The notes beneath the pieces were generated by a model, which worked only from the letters and a program-made list of their open reading frames with translations, searched no databases and was not told the DNA's origin. A DNA stretch of 64,000 nt from the NCBI RefSeq assembly GCF_963853765.1, contig NC_088855.1:19592001-19656000 (forward strand), in the 5' to 3' direction. Shown piece by piece: positions 1 to 12,800 of the stretch. The stretch's first letter is position 1. Each line of letters starts with the position of its first letter. The DNA is from Magallana gigas. Its lineage: Eukaryota. Made by a program: the position numbers and the translations under genes.

Positions 1-2
1 AG

Positions 3-473
3 ACCACCTTGAATATAAAAGCGTGTTTTCCTGATATTGACCTTTACAAATTAGAACTGATGTGTAAAGAAGTTGATGAGAATGGTGTGTATTACAACAT
101 GGCTTGTGAAAAAGTTAATAAGGATAATAAGTATCCAAGGATGGCTTGCTTTCTTATCGAGTGCACAAAACCAGCGGACCCATGTCTAGGTTACCCTACA
201 GCGTTTCCCGAAGCTGTCACATTTTGCTGCAAATTGATAGAACCTCTATCAGCCCAGTTACCGGCAAATACAGCAGTCACCTGTCGGTTTCGGTCTCCTC
301 TTGTCGTGAAGGCAATGGTTTCTTACATGGATACGGAAATGACACAAGATGGAGATGAATGGTCATGCACTGTTACAACACCTAGCTCCGGCATAAATTT
401 CGTAATTTGTGGAGATGTAGATGACGCATCTTCGAATTCTTTCTGCGGACTTTTTCAATATGACATAATATAA
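3..473 (+). CDS. 3' end of a gene entering from the left edge; probable kyphoscoliosis-peptidase/hillarin-like protein (C-terminal Ig-like domain)
   Basis: The frame is open from the window edge to TAA at 471-473. The pattern FPDIDLYKLEL...ACFLIEC...GYP.AF..A....CKLIEPLSAQLP...FRSP...GLFQYDII resembles the C-terminal Ig-like repeat of KY/hillarin-family proteins. This is recalled similarity; no search was run. Confidence 0.5.
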   Translation, partial: TTLNIKACFPDIDLYKLELMCKEVDENGVYYNMACEKVNKDNKYPRMACFLIECTKPADPCLGYPTAFPEAVTFCCKLIEPLSAQLPANTAVTCRFRSPLVVKAMVSYMDTEMTQDGDEWSCTVTTPSSGINFVICGDVDDASSNSFCGLFQYDII

Positions 474-3187
474 AGTCAAGCAGCAGAATATGTGTAACTT
501 TTAAATTATTGGTATATCTGTATACTGTGTAAATGGTGAAGTTAAGAAATTGGCTCTATGTGAGCACACATACCTGTATATATGCATGTACAATGTAAGA
601 TTTAATTTATTGATTCATTTATAATTTCTTCATATATTTAATGTTTTAATGTCCTACCGAGATGCTTTTTGCGCATTTTTATCGGATTAAGTCGTAACAT
701 ACTTACTGAAAATTGATTAATACATTGTACTTCGTTCCTGTTACTTAGCGGAGTGGCATACCTTTCGTCTTGTTATATTCAGGTTCGGGTCATTTTACAT
801 TATTTTATTATTTGCCTTTAATTTGGAAATAGACAGGTTGTTTACATGCCATTAAAAAATTTCTATCAAAGGAAAGTCACCAACCCCGTGGCTCTAGACC
901 GCGGGGTGGGAGGGGGCTGTCCTCCAGCACTTTTGCAGAAGATCAGCAATAAAAAATACCTTGCCATCTCAACTACTGCCAGAATTAAGAGTGTAATAAA
1001 AATTGTACCAGAATCGAACATTTATACAAAGTCCTTAAGTAGTGAACTGTAAAGGCTAGGCTTTGTTTGATGTGCTTTTAAGTGTTGTTATTTTAAAATG
1101 TTGTTGGTCACAGTTTCATTTCATTAAGATTTCTCGTAATGGGTGAACATGTCTGATTACTTGCTGTGGACACTTTTGTAAAAGCTCTTTATGAGTAAAG
1201 GAATGTTTTTGTGACATCCATTTCATAACAGGAACAGTTACTGTAGTTTATTGTTAAAACGCTATTCTCCGATGATATTAACTTAGATTGATGATTCAGA
1301 ATTTGTTCAAAGTTTATTTTCCAATTTGTCGTAAGAAATCTTTCTATAAAATTTATGGGCGTGTACTAAATAAAAAGTTTCAAATACCTCGGTATATTTA
1401 TGAAAAACTTGCTTTCATAATCGGAGGGATCTTGATCATAAGTTATTATTGATTCTATCTTTACCAAACTTGGATTGATGATGCATCTCCTGATACCGAT
1501 GTTCTTGATGGTTTTGGATGCTGAATCTGAGCCATAGGTTTCGGATGGCGGAAAGGTTGAGGTTTTAGGAGCAGGTCACACGTTCAGGTGAAAAATGACC
1601 CCTTTCTTGGTTGCTTAACTGTATAAATGAATCAAAACTTCAATTGTGTTAGGATATTCACAGGGACATCTTGTCCGCTCTGCTCTTTGTGGCATCCTTG
1701 TGTATTATTTATATATGTATGTCTCAGAGACCAGAGCAGAAAAGATGAACGGTGAATTAAATCCAGTGTTGTTGAAAAAAAATCCACGAAAAAGAAATAA
1801 GACTGTCAAAAAATTATACACAAAATTACTAGTATGAAGTTGTGATTTCACTTTGATTCTTATGAGAAAATCCCCCGAAAAAAATATTTCATAAACATGT
1901 GTGTATATAGGCGAGCTTTGCAATTAATTTACATTTATGCAATCGAAAATGTGCATGTAGACTGTAGATTTAGCAGGTTGAGGGGGGGGGGGGTAATTTT
2001 TGTATTTAGCTGGTCTGTCGTATATGATGATACACTTGAGTATGTAAAAGTGATTAAATATATGAAAACGAGATGACATTTTTGATAGAATTTTTCTTTG
2101 TAATCAAGTATCTAAATTTTTTTTGTAAATTTACAATCAGACAGAGGCTATTCTTTTATTAACTGGTACTTCTTAAATTTATTTTATACCTGACTAATGA
2201 AATAGAAGAGAAATCAAGAAAAGGACAAATTAACTTCATATCTAAATTGGCAAAAATGATATTAATTTTGTAAAAATCAGTATTTCAATTCGCTTTAGAA
2301 CTTTAAAAATATAAAATATTATATCGATAAAATATCGGAGAGCAAAACGTTGAACATAAAGAAGTAAAAATTATTATTATTTTTTTTTTGGAAATGAAAC
2401 TCTTGAATTTATTTTAATACCATGAAATTGAGGAAACATAGACATTTATCAAATTTGATAACCTTTTTGCGTTGTTGTTACCTGTTTGTGTATTAGCTCA
2501 TTTTCAGCTTAAATAACATGAATGTATTTTAGGTTGGGGAGAAATCTGATTATTGCTAATCTTTAATTATCGATCTTGTTGTGTTTTCGTGTAATGTTCA
2601 TAAACTGCAGGGGGTATGCAGCATTTCAGTGCCCAGACTCCTTCTACCTCTACAAAAAGTAGAGGCTACAAGCTGGTAGAGTTCGTTATGAACCAGGTAG
2701 CCAGCCAGCGACAGGGTGAAAAAGCTGTGCAGCTTGTATGCCTAGCTATAGCCATCTTGCGTGTTGGGCATGGAGTTTCATGGCACTCGATGGGGGGTGG
2801 GGGGGGGGGGTCACTAGCTTGCCCATTTTGTTATGGTATCCTAGTTGTCTCCCTTTACTCCAGGAAACTTTGCGGTCATTTCCATCCAACATTGTTTGTA
2901 ACGTATGACTGTGATTTTCATTAATAAATATGTGAACTTATATTTGATGTTGTTAATTCTTTATTGGCTGGAAGGCGGTCAGGAAAGAAAATTGGCAGTA
3001 ACAAAAACTGGAAAAGAGATCAAAGAACACAAATGCGTGGGAGGGTGAAGACGAGGAAGGGGAAGAAGAAAGAGGAGAGGAGAAAAGACGGCGAAAACCA
3101 CAGAGACAAGCAAAAGAAAAGTTCTCACCCAACGTTAGCGAAACAGCCAAAGCCGGAGGACTTGGAGATGCTGGGAAAAACGTAGAA

Positions 3188-3479
3188 ATGATTCAACAGA
3201 AAGAGAGAAATAGATTTTCCTTCAGAAATGGAATTAAAACAACAACCATGGCCAAAGATAGAAAATTAAAGTCGGAGGAAGAGATACGACAAATCATGAA
3301 CATGGCCCTCCAAAGACAGGATAAAATGAAAAGGAAGCGAAAACGCGGGGCAAAGAATTTTGAAAAGTTGGAGAAAAGAGAAGAAAACATACTGTAAATA
3401 TTTAATATCTAATAAAGTATTAGTGTACACTAAATTAATCGATATTCTACTCCAGAAAATGATGAAAATACTAATCCGT

Positions 3480-3510
<31 letters not shown>

Positions 3511-5110
3511 GTATCCATAAATTCAATTTCACTATTAATTTCCTTGTTTTCAATTAAATTTTTTACAAGGTTCCAAAATGTGGAGGGAAGGGCCAGTTCC
3601 ATCATAACTCACATCATAATTCCATCATAATTCACTTTTTATATGAAATTCTAAAATAAATCTTTCCTGTTCCACTCCTCGTAGGCAATTAAATTTATGA
3701 AGGAGCATAATGATATTGTCAGCATGTTTTTTTTTTAAATAAATCACATTTTTTAACAAAAATTACATCTACTATATTTTTTTTTACAGATCCGTAAGTG
3801 AAGAACGTACCAAGTTTGTTGAAGTCGGTGCCATTCAAAGACTGGACAATTTGAACGTAAGCTGTTCACTTAATTTTCTCAATAACATATTGATCAGTTA
3901 AGACGCAAATTACTAGTATTATAGGTATTATACTAGTATTATAAATTCGATATTCTCACATGAGATACTATATAATTGATTTGCACGTTAGACGTTTAAT
4001 GGTGCGATTTTTTTCAGAGCACATTCAATGCAGAGGCATTTGAACTGCAGACGGCATATTGCGAAAAATCAAAAGAACAAATGGAGGCTGTTCATGCGGA
4101 ATTGAAGGTAAGTCACTACTATGCAAAAGTTTCTGTCCCAGGTCTCCGATAATCGCCCTTTAACAAATTTGGAAAATAATAACGTCCTTAAATAAGAACT
4201 TCTCTTAATATTTTCAGGCCAAGCATTTGTCAACGAAGAGTTTTGACCTGGATGGAGTGAAGGTAAATCATAGAAATTAATTCATAATTGCCACATGAAT
4301 GTAGATTTTGATTTTAATACAGTCCTGTTTTTCTGAAAAGTAATAAATAAACCGTCATGGAATAGAAAGGTACATAAAAAAATCCTCCTTTCAGAAATAT
4401 GTCAGTGAAATTGTTAAGAAGGCCCGGCAAAAGTTGCTTAAGGAGAAAACAGCATTGCAGGTAATCCATGCATATATGCATATTGTTGTAATATAAAAAA
4501 TAACATGGAATTACTAAACATTTTTTTTAATTTAAGTTAATACGGAGGTCATATAATATTTATTGTTGACAGTTTCTGCAAGTTCAGGAATCTTTGATGA
4601 TAAAGCACGGGGAACACGCAAAACGCATCCTGGATATCAGAAAGGCTACAGAAGCCGTTCATGAGGAGCTGCTGGTAAGGGCTCGTCAGTCGTCTTTTTA
4701 TATACTAGTATACTTATTTTATGTACAGTGTATTACTCTGTCCCTCTCGTTTCTATTCTGGCTGAAATTCTTAAATGAGGGGGGGGGAGTTGAAGTCTAA
4801 TAATATATTAATTATACCGTATATTCTTTAACTTCTTAGTCGAAAATTACACTATTTATGTACTATTAACCCAACCCCCCCCCCCCCCCCCCCCCTAAAA
4901 AAAGGGAAAATAATCCAGCGTTAATTTGATTTTATTTCAGACGTTATTTACCTCGGGAGTGAGAAAACCAATCATTGTCTATTGCAAAAAAGCAAAAGCC
5001 AAGAGGGAACAGATGATAAATGTCCATAAAGAATTGAAGGTACATATAAATACTTACATGTATACACGTAGTTATAACTAAACAACTACTAGCTTTATTA
5101 AAAGTATTGT

Positions 5111-5164
<54 letters not shown>

Positions 5165-5825
5165 TTGTTTTTTTTTTGCCCTGAAAATATTTTGAAAGAA
5201 CTTTTAAATTTTCAGAGACAAACATTTCTAAAAGGGCTGTGCATCGAAGATGATGATGAAGATGCTGGATTCCTCCCCAGGAAATTATTTCTGTTCGGGA
5301 TAGAAGAGTTTCAAAAAGTGCCACAGGTACGTAGTTTATATAATTATATGATGCTTGGCAAATTAATCTATAAATACAATTGAATTTCATTTATAGGACG
5401 TTTAAACAATGATCAGGTAGTGCCTGTATTCTTTAACTGTTCAGTCACAAATTAAACTTGTGTTTTGGTCAGTGAATTGAGATGCTTTTGATATTTTCCT
5501 AATTATAGGTTGTATTGCAACCAGACTTTGCGCAGAAGAACTCTGTTGAAGCACCAAGCTGTTCTGCAGAACCAGTGGCGGATCAAGAGGAAGAGAGCGA
5601 GGTGTGTGATATCAATTATTGAGTTTACAATTCTCCTTTAAAAAAAAAACCGTTTGTTGTTTTAATATAACAATACTTGTTGTTAACATTAAACTCTTCT
5701 TTTTTTAAGTGTATTGGTTTTATATGTTACAATATCTTTTTTTTTTACTTTTCCAGGCTCCTTTCATTGAGAAGAAAAGATCCTCAATAGGCCAAAGATT
5801 TCTCAGATTTTTTGGATTTCGCTGA
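3188..5825 (+). CDS. Uncharacterised multi-exon coiled-coil protein gene (5' end uncertain)
   Basis: In-frame exons: 3188-3393, 3790-3856, 4018-4107, 4218-4262, 4395-4460, 4573-4674, 4941-5039, 5216-5326, 5509-5601, 5757-5825. All introns are GT-AG; the first is phase 2 and the rest phase 0. The protein ends ...SIGQRFLRFFGFR*. The same frame is open upstream to 3002 without an ATG, so an earlier exon may exist. Confidence 0.75.
3478..3511. repeat. (GT)n microsatellite running into poly-G
   Basis: Seen directly, in intron 1 of the uncharacterised gene. Confidence 0.95.
5114..5164. repeat. (GA)n microsatellite
   Basis: Seen directly; intronic. Confidence 0.97.
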
Positions 5826-6150
5826 ATTCGGAAATGCTTTAAAAACTTAATTTTGACAGCAAGAAATTTGCTAGATTATTTTTTAACCTGAATTTTTTCA
5901 TCCCTTTTTACTGATGCAATGTTATCGGCAATTGAAAATAATAAGCCATTGCTTGTTGCCAAATCTATATTAAAACTCTTTAATTTTTAGTTTTATTTAT
6001 TGTTTGTTTTATTTAAAAAAAAAAATCTGTGGATATATATTTCAGGTAACATTCCACTAGTAATTGTAAATAAATATAAAGCATTCCTAACTTTGTATCA
6101 AAACTTTTTTGTCTGTTTTAAGACACATATCTCTTGAGCAGTTTATTTAA

Positions 6151-6424
6151 GATGGTATGGGACATTTGTCAATATTAATGTGGATTAAAGTACAATATCT
6201 AACCAAAAAATTTGTTTTAACATTTTTTGAAAAGGTAAAAATTTTAAAATCCCCAGTGATTCAAACTCATGACTTACAGATTCGTAGTGAACCCTCTAAC
6301 CCACTGTGCTACGCTGTTAGGTAACCATTTTGTAAAGAAATAATTTTTAAAATTACAGTTGATTTTATTGTTTATTATTTCAATAAATACCTGTAGTACA
6401 TCACAGGAGGTGTCCCAAACCAGC
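6151..6424. mobile_element. Degenerate Kolobok-like MITE containing a tRNA-derived segment
   Basis: TTAA at 6147-6150 precedes GATGGTATGGGACA, which matches imperfectly the right end TGTCCCAAACCAGC. The minus strand of 6251-6315 has an A-box-like GTAGCACAGTGG and a B-box-like AGTTTGAATC. Confidence 0.55.
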
Positions 6425-6835
6425 TTGTTTTAGAACTTGTGTTACATATTGTACACACACACATCCTTCGAGATATTAGAGATATTAGTTTCTGTACACA
6501 ATCATTTTCTCCTAAAGAAAGAGCCAACATTTATTTCAATTAAAAAAGAGAGATCCAGCTTTTAAGGATGATACATATTTTGGGGTTTAAGCTTTTAATG
6601 CAAAAATTTACCAACTGAGTCTCAATTGACAAGAAAGCATTAAAAATAACACAAAAATTCTTTAATTTATATATATATCGATTTTATTGAGTTGAATAAA
6701 AATCCCTCACAACTTTTATCACAGACAGCACAATAAAATTTAAAACAAACACAACAATGGAATATAATTAAAAGTGATTTACCGGTGTATATGAATTACA
6801 TGTATATATATGATTTAAATAAAACAGCAACATCT

Positions 6836-9800
6836 TCATCTTTGCAAAGGTATTTTATCCTTGATAAACTGCAAGAGAAAGAGAAATATTAGTTTTGCCA
6901 ATAATTAAGAGGTTGTAGCCATTTTTAGACTGTAATAATCTCCTTCAGACGGAGAGTCATAAATCATATGTAAACTATTAATTAAAAGTAGATCTGATGA
7001 TGGTTACTGTGTTCTCCACCCAGCCTCCTTAAACTGATGTAACATGAATAAATTACATATAAAACTGTGTAAAGCCCTAGATGTAATAGTGAAGTCAGCT
7101 GACCACTGGTAATTCAGTAATTCAGAGTTTAATTAAAGCTTGTAGACATTTTTACCAGTGAACTTCAGTAAAGACTATTAAGAACTATTGCTGTGATCTC
7201 ATACTAATACATTAGTGATGACAGTTTATACAGGTAATTATTCCTCTGATGTTTCAGTGATGTAAAAAGGTACTGCAGTGAACTAGTGGGTATCTAAATT
7301 TGTAGACACTCAGAAATGAATATGGGAAGCATCAAAGTGTCCTAAGAAAAGTAGCCTAGTAACTATATACAGTTTATACATCATTATTCTCTCATCTTTC
7401 ATTTAAAAAAAAAATGTAAAAAGAACTTCATTGAAACAATGTACCTGACAGTGTATGTCTATATAGAAATCAGGAAATGTGGATAATACATGTATGTATG
7501 CTGATCTAACAGAGATGAGTCATGTTTTTCCATGATTTTAAGAAGGATATCAAATGTTTCATGAAGGCAGGATTTGTGGTCACTTACCTGTATCAGCTTT
7601 TTGCGGTACTGAGATTCCTGATAGGTCGGTTTCCGCTGAGGAGGGGTCTTCTCCTCTCGCTCAATCAGGCGTATCATCTCAGAAACATCCATAATGTAGA
7701 CTGGGTCCACTTTATTTCGGTTGATCAGATTAACTAAGTACTCTTTGTAGTGCGACCTAAGTAAATGATGGAAAAAGAAAAATTAAGTTTATTATAAACA
7801 AGTGTACAACCAAACATTAAAATTTTGTTACCCATACTTAGAAAAGAGAGTGGAAAATACTGCCAAATGGTAGACAAATAACTCTCTCTTTCCAAAATCA
7901 AAGTAACTCCTGACCCCAATATTAAAAGAAAGAATTTCTTTTTATTATATGCTACGGTATCATATTACTGACAGTATTGATGTACAAGGGACAAATAATT
8001 TAGTTTTTTTTAACCATATTAAATCTATTATTTATATCCGATTTATTTACGATAAAACTTTAAGATTTATGTAAGGGAATAAAATCTGACCATTGTAAGC
8101 AAGAGATTCATTATAAGTGGCTGTGTTTTACTGTATTACAAGAATATATATGTTGGCTCAAGATGAAGATATCTTACCCACAGAGCCCTGCGTGGCCGGC
8201 AATGACCTCTTTACCACAGGCCTCGTCCTTCTTGCCCTCATGGACATCTTTTAGCTCCATCACAGGACAGTGTCGCTGGTCCTCCTGATGCTCAGGAGCC
8301 TCCGTGTCAAACTTCACATTTTTCTCCTGCACAATGTTAAAAGATACACAGTCAAAGCAAGCACCCTTTGTAACAAAGCAAAATGAAAAACTTTCTGTTC
8401 AGATCCTGATAAATAAGTTCTCAAAACCTAAAATTCCTTGGTCACCTTTTGTGAAACATCACATACATTGTATAAACATAAAAAATGAAAATTCCCAATA
8501 ATAACTACATTCAGATCTTTTAAAAACTAATATAAGCTAAAAACAAGTACATGTATTCTTTTCAGGCAAATATGTATCATACACAGAAACAGAAAAGAAA
8601 TTCATATTAATAATTCCAAGAAATTTAAGATATTCAAAGCCAAAAAATCCTTTTTTGATTGCTGAGAATGGAGGTGTATTTGTGGGTTCAGACCTAAAGA
8701 TATCTACCTTAAGAAGACGTTGAAGCTCCTCGACTGAGTTGTCACGGAGATAGTAGAAACAGTCTCGGGGGTGGTGACAGTGCAGGCCCTTTCCCCGACA
8801 ACTCTTGAACTTCATACACACCTATAAAATCATAGTAAAGTTGAAGGTCATAGAATTTTTTAACTGTGGAATTATTTTGAGATCCATGATTTTGTTTTCT
8901 TATTTCTTAGAAAACTTACTCCTTTAGAATCAAACATCTGAGAACATCCACTGCAGAATTCATGTCCACACTCCGGGCAATTAAAATGCATGCAGCCTCC
9001 CTTAGCCAGGGAAAATCTCATTTTACAACTTGGACAATCTGGAAAAAAAAGTTAAAATCACGATCACACATTAAGGTAAAAATACCTAGGACCTGTGAAA
9101 ACAAAATAAGATAGAGCGAACTCTTTCACAAGCATGATTGGGAGATGTGGCCTGTATACATTTGTAGTAAGCATTGGTATTACATTAAATCATTGATGTG
9201 ATGTAAAAAATATACTAAGGGAAGTTTGTCTACATCAACAATTTTACTTTTGTAAGTTTCTCCTTGGTAGTGCATAAGTACACAGTGCCCAATAAGTTTT
9301 AAAATTCCATTGTTCTTTGACCAGATAAGAAACACCAACCGATTCCATTGGTGGCCAGGTGAGCCGCTAGGCCCATGGCCTGGTTCTCTGGGTCGTTGTC
9401 AATCTTCCATTGTTCATACTCCTCACAGGTCAGACCCTCGTGCTGATCCTCCCACTGTTAGCAAAGGACAAAATCAAATCAGTGGATGAAAAAGTAAAAT
9501 CCATGGCTTGCAGCATAATTTGTTCTAACAGACTCTTACTCAGGTATATGTTCTTATTTGGAACCTGAAGTTTTGAACATCTCCTTAAATTCATTTTCAA
9601 TACTAGTACCTGTCTTAATATACATTTATACACACATTCACAGTTGATTCATGTTCAAGTAGGTGTTTAATAACGGTAATATAATAAGCAGAGTTTTGTT
9701 GTTCTTTAAACAAGAAAGAGAGCAAGATTCTTTGTTCTTTCCTCATTTTTAAGAACAAATATTACCTGTTTTTTACAGTTGAAGCATGTCTTCTTGTTAC

Positions 9801-12800
9801 AATATGGACACTGCATGGCTGGGTTTCTCTCTCCTCCGATGTTGATAAAACCGTTGCCACACTACAAGAACATATTAATATCAAAGAATTCAAAATACAC
9901 CATGAGATTTACTTGTTTCACCTTATCATAAATGTTTTTGTTCATTGTTCTTCATGAACATGTTCTGTAAATTCAATTAATTAATTTAATTAAATGCGAG
10001 GAATTAATATCTGCATTAAATCGCGAAAAGCATTCCTCATTGATTTTAAAATATACCTTTTATTTTTCAGATAGTTTTGAGCCATATGAAATTATAACGA
10101 AAAAATTGGTGCTCACGATTTTATATTCTCATGATTTGATGCAAAACAGTGGCATCGTGGAATTAAGTACTTGCGTAAAAAAAAGAATTTACAATACATG
10201 TATTATTATTCACCAGAGTGTTTTTCAGTGCAAAAAGGACTGATATTGTGAGATGTTATTTATATACATGTATACTAGTAGATGTATATACTTACATGGG
10301 CACACCATCTGAAGTTGGGATCTTTCTGTAAGTGCCAGTCCCTCAGCTTGGTCTCATAAATTTCTCGAATGTCTGGACCAACCATTGTATTCAACTGAAA
10401 ATAACACATTAAACATGCTTCACTTCTGGCAAATAAAAGCTGCCAAGAGAGGCTGTGTTCTAAATGTATCATGTACCGTTAAATCTTATCAAACTGAAAT
10501 GCTTAGTTACAGATTGGATGGGACTTTAGGCAGGTACATTTTCTGTACTGTAATACTGTTAGTTTTTATGATGGCTGAATTCTTGTAGGTTTTATTGGTA
10601 CCTTAAACCCACATATTAACATCCCAAAATGAATTGTGAAACACAGTCTTTATCATACTACATATAAAGGAATCAACAAAATTACTAGTACCCATGAAAC
10701 CTGCAATAATTGACCCCCTTGATTTACAATGATTCTACACTATATAAAACCCCATGACTGACCAGCATGGTGAGGAATGACAGGTATTCATTGGCCGCTT
10801 CAGTGTTGTCCATGTTTGGGTGTTGACATATTGGACAACATAGGTTCCTGACGTGTTTCTCTCGAATGTTCAACTCAAAGTAGTTCTTCATGCAGTCAAA
10901 GCAGATTTTACATGGACAATTCAAAGTTCTTATCTATAAAAAAATTAAGCAATTTAAAGAAATTTTAAGACTAAGCATTATGGGTATACTGTTCAAACAA
11001 TGTATGATACACAGTGGTGTTCTCAAAATTTCTAGCAGGAGATCATAGGCTGCCTGGGGACAATGTCAAAAGTTGATGTGTAGCATGTATAGATATATTC
11101 ATGAATAAAACACATACCTTGCTCATGGGGAAGTAAGTGAAACAGCACTGGCACTCCTGCTGTAGGTAGACGAGGGAGCTCTGACGGTCCCCACAGTTAT
11201 ACACCGCCTCTACGATGTCCTCCAGGGTGGCCTCCAGTTTCTTCCCAGCAACATCTATGTCCAGGATCTTCAGCACGGTCTCCGCCCGCCCCCAGCTCTG
11301 TAGCTTACCCTCCACCATTATCATCCGAGACCTCCGCTGTTAACAGAAAAGTTGAGAAATTGTGTTGTATTTAAGATTAGAAGTTTGTTTACAAGCAAAG
11401 GTTTATTTTCAATTTGTTACAATGAAGAAATGGATTAGTTGAACAGCTGCCCTGTATTTAAGCTTGACTTAAATGCCATTTGTTAGATGTAAAGTCTTAA
11501 TTAAATTGTATTAAAAAATGGAGATTACCATACCTTACAATAATCAAAATGACAAACATGTGATGAACAGAAAAGAGGCATATTTAAAAACAGCCAGTAT
11601 CCATGAAAAGGAATATTTAACCATCACACATCATATAGAGTGTTCACATATGTATTACATGTACCAGTAATACAAAAATGCAATTCATTTTTGTAATTTT
11701 TTAAAATCTTAATTTTTGACACCACTTAATTTTTCAAATGCATAACTTACATCAGAGCTAATGTCTTTGTTTCTGACCATCTGCTGGAAGTGATTGTGTT
11801 TGAGTACGCTGTTGGTGACACTTAAACAGGCATCATGGACATCAGACAGCGCCAGAGCCTCACTCACACCCTCAGCTTCGTCCTCACCCTGCAGGGAAGA
11901 GTTCTCCCTCTCCCAGAGGTGGTCAGTAAACTGCTGCAGGCTGTCAGAGTTTAAGTGGTCTAGAGCTTCCTCCAACTCCCCTTTAGATGACAACATGGCC
12001 TGCAAAATCTCTTCTCTTGGAAAGCTGTTGTCCACCTTACATATCTCTTGGTACTGTTAATGTTTTAAAAATGTGTGTTATTGTGACCCACAGATATAAT
12101 TAACATACTTTATATATGTATGTAAAGATTTGTAAATTCTTTAACTCTAAAAAAAAATCAAGAAACAATTGAGTCAATTTAGAGGATCCCAGGGACTTTT
12201 AGGGATCTATTTTATTTTTCTAGTATAAAAAACTCTCTGTATTCTGTCATAAGCACAAACTTACTAGTTTGCATCTTTTTGCAGTACAGATTTTCACAGC
12301 CTCTTCAACATCTCCCTTGGTTTCCTTTAGAGAATTCTTGGCTTCTGCCTCAGACAACTCCCCCACCTCATTTTCATTCATGTCTGCTCCTGCCTTTGCC
12401 ACTTCAGCCATGACAGATTTCACTCGCTTCATCCAGATCTGCTTCAGCCATTGCAAGGGAAGTAACTGGTCTCTTACACACATTTCTACTGCAAGCTCTC
12501 CTTCATCTGTATCAAATCCTTCCTTTTCGGCTTCCTAGCACAACAATACAAATGACGTTAGACTTTTCTTTTCAAATTTTCCAGAGATAATATCACAAAT
12601 TATTTTGTTACAACAGCAGTTTTTTTTCCTTGCAACATAAACAGAACTACATGTAAGTAATCTACATGTACTTATAATCTATCCCAAGATGTTTATGCAG
12701 CACATTTTCTTAAATTATTTGGTATTCTTTATACCTCAGTCAGTGAAGATTTTTTCAACTATGTCTTATTAAACTGCACTTTTTGACAAGTACTGTGCAT

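Noticed and set aside
1310-1620. Exon-like minus-strand stretch with an acceptor near 1618 and HPKP-repeat-like translation
   Set aside because: All three frames hit stops shortly after the acceptor and no joining exons were found.
2616-3185. ORFs 2616-2924 and 2964-3185 as separate genes
   Set aside because: The first runs through a poly-G tract with no recognisable motif; the second is an alternative frame of purine-rich sequence at the 5' end of the orphan gene.
6251-6315. Functional tRNA-Arg gene
   Set aside because: The acceptor and anticodon stems do not pair and the B box is degenerate; treated as a tRNA-derived relic.
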